From positions 1 to 21,122 of the forward strand of contig JAYWEM010000100.1 of NCBI GenBank assembly GCA_043779265.1: a stretch of DNA of 21,122 nucleotides. The letters run 5' to 3'. The position numbers and the translations under genes were made by a program. How positions within the stretch are numbered: position 1 is the stretch's first letter; each line of letters opens with the position of its first letter. The stretch comes from a bacterium. GTDB lineage: Bacteria > Eisenbacteria > RBG-16-71-46. Below the pieces are notes generated by a model. That model was not told the DNA's origin and searched no databases. It saw nothing but the letters and a program-made list of their open reading frames with translations. Shown piece after piece: positions 14,900 to 21,122 of this stretch.

Positions 14900-15760
14900 T
14901 CACTTCGCCTGGGAATAGTCGTACACGCCGCGACCGGACTTGCGGCCCAACCGGCCCGCCGCGACGTACTGCTCGAGCAGCGGGCACGGGCGGAACTTCT
15001 CGCCCAGTGAGCGCTGCAGGAATCTCAGGATGCTGAGCCGTGTGTCGAGTCCGACGAGGTCCACCAGCTCGAACGGCCCCATCGGATGGTTGAGTCCGAG
15101 CTTCAGCGCCTTGTCGATGTCCTCAGCACTCGCGACGCCCTCTTGCAGCATGTAGAAGGCCTCGTTCCCGATCATCGCGTTGATGCGGCTGGTGACGAAC
15201 CCCGGCGACTCGCGCACGGTGACGCAGTCCTTACCCATGCGCACACCGACCGCCTCGCAGGCCGCCAACGTGGCGTCGGAGGTCTCGAGCGCTCGCACGA
15301 GCTCGAGCAGCTTCATGCGATGCACGGGGTTGAAGAAGTGCATGCCCACGACCTGGGAGGCGCGATTCGTCGCGGCGGCCATCTCGGTGATGGACAGAGA
15401 CGACGTGTTACTGGCGAGGATCGCGTGCGGCGGGGCGATGGAGTCGAGCTGCGCGAAGAGCTCGATCTTCAGCTCGATCCGCTCGGGCACGGCCTCGATG
15501 ACCAGGTCCGCGCTGGCGGCCGCGCTCTCGAGCTCGCGAACGGTCTCGAGGTTCTTGCGTGCGGCGACGGCATCCGCGTCGGCCACCTTGCCGAGCGCGA
15601 CGCCCTTCTCGAGGATGGCGCCGATCTCACTGGAGGCACGCGACAACTGCTCCTCGGAGGTGTCCTGCAGGAGCGTCCGATAGCCGCCGAGCGCCGAGAC
15701 ATAGGCGACGCCACGGCCCATCAGTCCTGCTCCGAGGACCGCGATGGTGCGAATGCTCAC
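14900..15760 (-). CDS. 3-hydroxyacyl-CoA (3-hydroxybutyryl-CoA-like) dehydrogenase
   Basis: Motifs IAVLGAGLMGRGVA (Rossmann fold), VIEAVPE, ASNTSSLSI, GMHFFNPV and NHPMGPFELVDLVGLD. GTG 15760 follows GAGGAG and overlaps the bioY stop (GTGA). Confidence 0.95.
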   Translation of the reverse strand: MSIRTIAVLGAGLMGRGVAYVSALGGYRTLLQDTSEEQLSRASSEIGAILEKGVALGKVADADAVAARKNLETVRELESAAASADLVIEAVPERIELKIELFAQLDSIAPPHAILASNTSSLSITEMAAATNRASQVVGMHFFNPVHRMKLLELVRALETSDATLAACEAVGVRMGKDCVTVRESPGFVTSRINAMIGNEAFYMLQEGVASAEDIDKALKLGLNHPMGPFELVDLVGLDTRLSILRFLQRSLGEKFRPCPLLEQYVAAGRLGRKSGRGVYDYSQAK

Positions 15761-16344
15761 TCGCGCTCCTCGAATCGACGCACCGCTCGCCACAGGAGCG
15801 GGAAGACACCCGCCGCGATGGCCGACTTGATGAGATCGCCCGGGATGAACGGAAGCAACCCGGTCTGCAGCACCTGCCCGGCGGGGACGAAGCGTGACAG
15901 CTGCGCCAGGCCCATCGCGAAAATGACCGTGCCGCCCGCGAGCATCGCGAGGAACATGGTGAAGGGACGGCGATCCCAGGCGCGCTCAGCCAGGATGCCC
16001 GTGGCGAATGCGGCGAACGGGAACGCGATCAGGTAGCCGCCGCTGGGTCCCACCAAGTGGAGGAAGCCCGAGGCGCCGCCCGAGAAGACGGGCAGCCCGG
16101 CGCAGCCCTCGAGCAGATAGAGCATCTGCGCGAGGAACGCGCGCTGTGCGCCGAGCACGATGCCGGTGAGCAGCACGGCGAAGGTCTGGCCGGTGATCGG
16201 GATGGGCGTCCACGGGAGACGGATCTCGGCCTGTGCGGCGAGAGCGGTCACGAGACTCGCCAGCACGATGAGCGTCACCTGCATCAACGCGTTGCCACGC
16301 GGAGCGGCGACGTCGGCCAGCGTCAGGGTACGGGCCTGCGACAT
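15757..16344 (-). CDS. bioY: Biotin transporter BioY (ECF S-component)
   Basis: Motifs LPWTPIPITGQTFAVLL, YLLEGCAGLPVFSGG, GPSGGYLIAF and PFIPGDLIK. Hydrophobic throughout. ATG 16344 follows GAGGA. Confidence 0.93.
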   Translation of the reverse strand: MSQARTLTLADVAAPRGNALMQVTLIVLASLVTALAAQAEIRLPWTPIPITGQTFAVLLTGIVLGAQRAFLAQMLYLLEGCAGLPVFSGGASGFLHLVGPSGGYLIAFPFAAFATGILAERAWDRRPFTMFLAMLAGGTVIFAMGLAQLSRFVPAGQVLQTGLLPFIPGDLIKSAIAAGVFPLLWRAVRRFEERE

Positions 16345-16423
16345 GGTGTCCTCGATGAAATCAGGATGGAATGGGCACGCCGCATCGCCCGGGAAGGGCG
16401 ACACGCGTGCACGGCCACTGCCC

Positions 16424-16452
16424 AAGATAGCCGCGAGCCGACCCATCGTCCA
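16424..16452 (-). promoter_or_regulatory. Possible sigma70 promoter for the bioY-led operon
   Basis: The minus strand reads TGGACG-N17-TATCTT, about 80 bp upstream of bioY. Confidence 0.4.
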
Positions 16453-16488
16453 AACTGCGGGGAGGGCCCGCCTCGCAGCCGCGAAGGC

Positions 16489-17109
16489 TCAGCGATAGTG
16501 GGACTTGAGCGTTCCCCAACTGCGTGGACGAGTGCTCACGACCGCATCGCACGGCACACAGCCGGTGAGCTGGATCGTGTAGGGCGTGAACGTGGCTCCG
16601 GGAGCCTGGGGTGCCCAGCTGGTGATCGGACCGGGAGCGCCGGTTCCGTTGGGAGCCCGCTCCGCCTGCACCGGCCCCGCGGACCAGATCGGCTGCCCCA
16701 GCCAGTTGCGCGCGTCGGCTCCATCGGCGCTGATCCCGAGCAGGTAGGAACCGATCCCGGGTTTGAACGCACCCGAGACCGTCGTGAATCCGCCGACGCA
16801 GCCGTCATGGTGCGACAGGCCAAGTCCGGTGGTGCTGAACAACCAGAGATCGAGCCCGGGGATGCCGCTGCAGAGCAGGTTGGCGAAGAAGAGTCCCTGG
16901 TCCACGACGCGCACACAGAACAGGTCGCGATCCGACGTGTTGTCGATCGTGCCGGAGATCGCGGTCAGCGCCCCGACGCCGATCGTGGCCTGGTGCCCGG
17001 CTGGAAGTTCGCCGGCATCGCCGTTCTCGAACCAAACGACCGCCGAGGCGGGCGAGGCGGTGCACAGCAGCAGGGCGAGCAGGATGTTCAAGGGGGTGGC
17101 AAAGCGCAT
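16489..17109 (-). CDS. Secreted hypothetical protein (206 aa) with a passenger resembling PEP-CTERM-associated (DVUA0089-like) domains and a C-terminal SWGTLKSHYR motif
   Basis: ATG 17109 follows GGAGGT. Signal peptide MRFATPLNILLALLLCTASPASA. The mature region begins VVWFENGDAGELP...LTAISGTI...DRDLF, continues LWLFSTTGLG...HHD, G-x-YLLGIS and YTIQLTG, and ends CVPCDAVVSTRPRSWGTLKSHYR-stop. Confidence 0.8.
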   Translation of the reverse strand: MRFATPLNILLALLLCTASPASAVVWFENGDAGELPAGHQATIGVGALTAISGTIDNTSDRDLFCVRVVDQGLFFANLLCSGIPGLDLWLFSTTGLGLSHHDGCVGGFTTVSGAFKPGIGSYLLGISADGADARNWLGQPIWSAGPVQAERAPNGTGAPGPITSWAPQAPGATFTPYTIQLTGCVPCDAVVSTRPRSWGTLKSHYR

Positions 17110-17223
17110 GGGTGACCTCCGGCGGGGATCAGGCTCGTGAGCACCGCCCGCGACCTCCGGGCGATGCCGAATCGGGAGTCTACTGGCTCCGGGGCCTTGG
17201 GAACATGGGGTTTCCGCGCGTCG

Positions 17224-17252
17224 TTGACCCCCGCTCCCGGCCTGTCTAGCTT
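17224..17252 (+). promoter_or_regulatory. Putative sigma70 promoter for the AtuA-family gene
   Basis: TTGACC-N17-TAGCTT, about 45 bp upstream of ATG 17297. Confidence 0.55.
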
Positions 17253-17296
17253 GCCTTGAACCGATTTCGAACCCCTTCCCTCGCGATGGAGTCCTG

Positions 17297-19156
17297 ATGG
17301 TCGACCGCATTCGCATCGCCAATGCCGGCGGGTACTGGGGCGATGACCTCGCCCAGATCAGGTTGCAGATGGAGCGGGGTCCCGTGGACTTCGTGACGCT
17401 CGACTACCTCGCCGAGATCACCATGTCGATCATGCAGAAGCAGCGCGCCCGCGACCCCAAGGCGGGCTACGCGCGCGATTTCATCCCCCAGATCGAGGAG
17501 TCGCTCGACCTCATCCTCGAGCGGGGCGTGCGGGTGATCAGCAATCCCGGCGGCGTGAATCCGCTGGCCTGCCGCGACGCGCTCATCGCCATGGCCGAGC
17601 GCCGCGGGCGATCGCTCGAAGTGGCCGCGGTCCTGGGCGACGACCTCATGGACCGGCTCGACGAGCTGACGGCGCAGGGCGTCTCGCTCGATGACATGGA
17701 CACCGGCGCGTCGTTCGCGAGCGTGCGCGAGCGCGTCTCGAGCGCGAACGCGTACTACGGAGCCTGGCCGGTCGTCGAGGCACTCGGAACCGGAGCGCAG
17801 ATCGTGGTGACCGGCCGCTGCACCGATACCGGCATCACGCTGGCGCCGATGATCCACTCGTTCGGGTGGGCACCTGACGACTGGGATCGTCTCGCCAGTG
17901 GCATCGTGGCCGGGCACATCATCGAGTGTGGCGCGCAGTCGACGGGTGGCAACTTCACAGACTGGCGCACGATCGGCGGCTTCCCCAGCATCGGCTATCC
18001 GATCGTCGAGGTCTCTGCCGACGGCTCGTTCATCGTCACCAAACACGCCCGCACCGGCGGCGCGGTCACGATGCGGACCGTGAAGGAGCAATTGCTCTAC
18101 GAGATGGGCGATCCGCGCAGCTACATCACGCCCGATGTGGTCGCCGACTTCGCCACCATCCGCCTCGAGCAGTTGGGGCGCGACCGCGTGCGAGTCTGGG
18201 GCGTGCGTGGCCGGCCGGCGCCGCCGTCGCTCAAGGTGAGCGCGGCGCACACGGACGGCTACAAGGCGAGCGGCACGTTGATCATCTCGGCGCCGGACGC
18301 CGCCGAGAAGGCGAGGGCGTTCGCTCGGCTCTTCTGGAAGCGCCTCGGCATCACGTACGAGGCCTGCCACACCGAACTGATCGGTCACTCGGCGTGTTGG
18401 GGACCGCTCGCCGGCGACATCGACGTGCCCGAGGTGCTGCTGCGTCTCTCGGTGCGCGATCACGATCGCGCGAAGATCGAATCGTTCTCGCGCATGGTGC
18501 CCGCAGTCATCCTGTCGGGCCCTCCCGGCGTCGCCGTGACCGGAGGCCGGCCGCAGGCGCAGGAGGTGATGGCGTACTGGCCCGCGCTGGTGCCACGCGA
18601 CCTCGTCAAGCCGCGCATGATCACGGCGCAGGGCGAGGCCGCCCTCGAGTGGCCGACGCCACTGTTGCCGGCGCAGAAGCCGGCCACCCTTGCGAGAGCG
18701 GAGTGGCCCAAGGCGAAGGGGCCCGCCGGCACGACGCTCGTCCGTCTCTCCGAACTGGCGCACGCGAGAAGTGGCGACAAGGGCGACACCGCCAACATCG
18801 GCGTGATCGCGCGCAGCCCGGAGATCTACCCCTGGTTGGTCAAGACGCTCACGGCGAAGGTGGTGAAGACGCGCTTCAAGGGCATCTGCCTCGGCAAGGT
18901 GGAGCGGCACGAGGTCGCGAACCTGGGCGCACTCAACTTCCTCCTGCACGAATCGCTCGGCGGCGGCGGCACCGTGAGCCTGCGCATCGACGCTCAGGGC
19001 AAGACGCTCTCGCACGCGCTGCTCGCGATGGAGGTGAAGGCCCCTCGCGCGCTGATCGCGGCCGCTCGCAAAGCGGACAAGGCGGCGGATCCTTCGGCGG
19101 CGAAGGGCAAGTCCGCCGCCCGGAAGAAGGCCGCCGCCGGCGGAAAGCGCCGCTAG
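17297..19156 (+). CDS. atuA: Acyclic terpene utilization AtuA family protein (DUF1446 domain fused to the C-terminal AtuA domain)
   Basis: N-terminal motifs IRIANAGGYWGD, LDYLAEITM, ANAYYGAWP, VVTGRCTD, AGHIIECGAQSTGGNF and EQLLYEMGDPRSYITPDV. C-terminal domain AHARSGDKGDTANIGVIAR...LGGGGTVSLRIDAQGK. The symbol denotes the family; function is not proven. Confidence 0.88.
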   Translation: MVDRIRIANAGGYWGDDLAQIRLQMERGPVDFVTLDYLAEITMSIMQKQRARDPKAGYARDFIPQIEESLDLILERGVRVISNPGGVNPLACRDALIAMAERRGRSLEVAAVLGDDLMDRLDELTAQGVSLDDMDTGASFASVRERVSSANAYYGAWPVVEALGTGAQIVVTGRCTDTGITLAPMIHSFGWAPDDWDRLASGIVAGHIIECGAQSTGGNFTDWRTIGGFPSIGYPIVEVSADGSFIVTKHARTGGAVTMRTVKEQLLYEMGDPRSYITPDVVADFATIRLEQLGRDRVRVWGVRGRPAPPSLKVSAAHTDGYKASGTLIISAPDAAEKARAFARLFWKRLGITYEACHTELIGHSACWGPLAGDIDVPEVLLRLSVRDHDRAKIESFSRMVPAVILSGPPGVAVTGGRPQAQEVMAYWPALVPRDLVKPRMITAQGEAALEWPTPLLPAQKPATLARAEWPKAKGPAGTTLVRLSELAHARSGDKGDTANIGVIARSPEIYPWLVKTLTAKVVKTRFKGICLGKVERHEVANLGALNFLLHESLGGGGTVSLRIDAQGKTLSHALLAMEVKAPRALIAAARKADKAADPSAAKGKSAARKKAAAGGKRR

Positions 19157-19186
19157 AAGACTCCCCTCCCGGCCTCCGGTGCACTC

Positions 19187-19222
19187 GCAGCGCAGCGATA
19201 ACTCGCTGTGCTGCTTTTATTT
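19187..19222 (+). terminator. Rho-independent terminator after the AtuA-family gene
   Basis: GCAGCGCAGCGA-TAAC-TCGCTGTGCTGC (12-bp stem, one G-U pair) followed by TTTTATTT. Confidence 0.8.
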
Positions 19223-19293
19223 AAGTTGAAATTCCGACCAATCGAGCAGGTGATCCTGAAACTTCCCCTCCGATTCTTTCGTACTTGTGCCGA

Positions 19294-19325
19294 GTGATTC
19301 CACAGTGATATCACTTCGATACCAC
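19294..19325. promoter_or_regulatory. Putative RHH operator: three 10-bp boxes at an 11-bp period
   Basis: GTGATTCCAC-A-GTGATATCAC-T-TCGATACCAC. The central AGTGATATCACT (19304-19315) is a perfect 12-bp palindrome. It lies immediately before the SPFH RBS (AAGGAGG). Confidence 0.6.
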
Positions 19326-19346
19326 CCGAAAAGGAGGGGTGCTCCG

Positions 19347-20216
19347 ATGATCCTCGAGAAGCAGGCTTCTTCGTCCAACGGGCTCTTCATGCTGGTCGTT
19401 CTCATCGCCGTCAGCCTGGCCAGTATCTACGGCATCGTCCTCGGCGCGCGCATGGACTCCGCCATGCTCGCCGTGGCCTCGGTGCTCGTGTTGGTGGCGG
19501 GCTGCATCGGGTTCAACGGGCTCTTCATCGTCGAGCCCAACATCTCGATCGTCCTCATCCTGTTCGGCGACTACATCGGCAGCGAGCGCCGCTCGGGCTT
19601 CTGGTGGACGAACCCCTTCGCCACCAAGCGCAAGCTGTCGCTCCGGGTCCGGAACTTCGAGAGCAACAAGCTCAAGGTGAACGATCACGACGGCAACCCG
19701 ATCGAGATCGCCGCGGTCGTCGTGTGGCGCGTCGTGGACTCGGCCGAGGCCATGTTCGAGGTCGACGACTACAACAACTTCATCCACGTGCAGAGCGAGG
19801 CGGCGCTGCGCAACCTGGCCACGTCGCATCCGTACGACGCGCACGAGGACGATCAGATGTCGCTGCGTGGCAATACCGGCGAAGTGGCCGCGGATCTGAA
19901 GAAGGAGATCCAGGGCCGTCTGCAGAAAGCCGGCGTCGAGGTGATCGAGGCACGCATCAGTCACCTGGCCTATGCGGCCGAGATCGCGAGCGCGATGCTG
20001 CGGCGTCAGCAAGCGAGCGCGGTGATCTCGGCGCGATCCAAGATCGTCGAGGGCGCGGTCACGATGGTGCAGATGGCGCTCGAGGAACTGAGCAAACGAG
20101 ACGTCGTGCACCTGGACGAGGAGCGCAAGGCGGCCATGGTGAGTAATCTGCTCGTCGTGCTCTGCAGCGAGAGCGAGACGCAGCCCATCATCAACACCGG
20201 CACGTTGTATCAGTGA
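19347..20216 (+). CDS. SPFH (stomatin/prohibitin/flotillin/HflKC) domain membrane protein
   Basis: Two N-terminal TM helices, then [58 protein letters not shown] and [10 protein letters not shown]...INTGTLY. ATG 19347 follows AAGGAGG. Confidence 0.92.
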   Translation: MILEKQASSSNGLFMLVVLIAVSLASIYGIVLGARMDSAMLAVASVLVLVAGCIGFNGLFIVEPNISIVLILFGDYIGSERRSGFWWTNPFATKRKLSLRVRNFESNKLKVNDHDGNPIEIAAVVVWRVVDSAEAMFEVDDYNNFIHVQSEAALRNLATSHPYDAHEDDQMSLRGNTGEVAADLKKEIQGRLQKAGVEVIEARISHLAYAAEIASAMLRRQQASAVISARSKIVEGAVTMVQMALEELSKRDVVHLDEERKAAMVSNLLVVLCSESETQPIINTGTLYQ

Positions 20217-20258
20217 TGCGACCGCGAGGCGGGGTCCTGCGGACGAGAGGGGCGCAGC

Positions 20259-20453
20259 ATGGCTGAGCGCAAGCCCTTCCTGCTCCGCATGGACCCCGCC
20301 GTGCTCGCCGCCCTGCAGCGCTGGGCCGCCGAGGATCTGCGCAGCCTGAACGGGCAGATCGAGTTCGTGCTGCGCCGCGCCCTGAGCGATCAGGGCCGGA
20401 TGAGCGAGGGCGGAGTAGCCGACGCACGCGAGGACGATCCACCCACGACTTGA
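20259..20453 (+). CDS. Small ribbon-helix-helix (Arc-like) DNA-binding protein
   Basis: RKPFLLRMDP (beta ribbon), AVLAALQRWAAEDLRSLNGQIEFVLRRAL (two helices, with an Arc-like RSLN motif). It lies directly downstream of the SPFH gene. Confidence 0.85.
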   Translation: MAERKPFLLRMDPAVLAALQRWAAEDLRSLNGQIEFVLRRALSDQGRMSEGGVADAREDDPPTT

Positions 20454-20574
20454 GCCGACAGAGAACGGAAGTGGACGGCGAGTGCACAGAGGTGCAGTAT
20501 CGGCCCTTCGGTCGCGCACCGGACATCCCCGCGGACCTGCGTGGCCGAGAGTCCTCTAGCCTCAGGAGATCACG

Positions 20575-21093
20575 ATGAACAAGGCCTCATTCCACGCCGA
20601 CTGGACCATGATGCGACTCCGCCACGGCATGGCGCTCCGACTGATCGAGATGCTGCCCGCCGACAAGCTGGACTCGAACCCCATCGCCAACATGCGGACG
20701 CCCAAGGAACTCGTGGCGCACATGTATGCGTTCATGAAGCTCGCGCCCGAAGGCGTACTCGCCGGCAAGCTCGGCGACTCACCCAAGGAGACCGAGATCG
20801 CCAAGACCATCCCGACTCGTGATGCGCTGCTCGCCTACGCCAAGCAGTCCTGGGTCGATGCCGATGCCGCGGTCCACAAACTGACCGACGCGCACTTCGC
20901 CGCCATGGTCCCGACGCCGTGGGGCAAGCCGTTCCCGGGCGCGATGATCATGGGCTTCGTCGGCGATGAATTCCTGCATCACCGTGGCCAGCTTTACGCC
21001 TACGCCCGCGCGCTCGGTGTGGAGCCCCCGATGATGTGGGACTTCGAGCACAACGCGCCGGAGTTCCAGATGTCGGCGACAGCCTCGAGCTGA
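20575..21093 (+). CDS. DinB family protein
   Basis: MRTPKELVAHM and C-terminal DEFLHHRGQLYAYARALGVEPP, the DinB signature. RBS AGGAG. Confidence 0.88.
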   Translation: MNKASFHADWTMMRLRHGMALRLIEMLPADKLDSNPIANMRTPKELVAHMYAFMKLAPEGVLAGKLGDSPKETEIAKTIPTRDALLAYAKQSWVDADAAVHKLTDAHFAAMVPTPWGKPFPGAMIMGFVGDEFLHHRGQLYAYARALGVEPPMMWDFEHNAPEFQMSATASS

Positions 21094-21122
21094 AGCGGCT
21101 CGAATCGGAAGAATGGAAACGG

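Noticed and set aside
19215..19330. AT-rich patch as a possible mobile-element end or att site
   Set aside because: It is explained by the terminator U-tract plus the promoter/operator region. There is no recombinase or matching repeat elsewhere in the window.
20259..20453. RHH protein as the antitoxin of a toxin-antitoxin pair
   Set aside because: No toxin-like ORF (PIN, RelE, HicA) is adjacent. Its neighbours are SPFH and DinB genes.

Overview
High-GC bacterial chromosomal window (GC roughly 68-70% by eye, not computed) with about 18 credible CDSs. I saw no rRNA, tRNA, CRISPR array or transposase. Gene order: a 5'-truncated GNAT acetyltransferase (+); an enoyl-CoA hydratase (-); a minimal arsR-arsM arsenic methylation operon (+); two tandem paralogous secreted gluzincin metalloproteases (M36/M4-like, with propeptide, P-domain and a C-terminal FlgD-Ig/T9SS-CTD-like domain) (+); a minus-strand acyl-CoA catabolic operon (bioY, 3-hydroxyacyl-CoA dehydrogenase, DinB-family, aldehyde dehydrogenase, VOC protein with a GFSGPRPDRP repeat tail, thiolase, PaaG-like crotonase); a small secreted protein ending SWGTLKSHYR (-); an AtuA-family protein; an SPFH gene plus a ribbon-helix-helix gene; and a second DinB protein (+). 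The most novel signal is a candidate C-terminal protein-sorting system. The small secreted protein has a PEP-CTERM-type passenger but ends in a short SWGxLKxxYR tail. The octapeptide just before that tail (CDAVVSTR, inside a CxxC) recurs exactly, with mostly different codons, at the passenger/C-terminal-module junction of the unrelated second metalloprotease. This architecture suggests a Candidatus Eisenbacteria/Krumholzibacteriota-like organism (inference). All family assignments come from motif recognition, not database searches.
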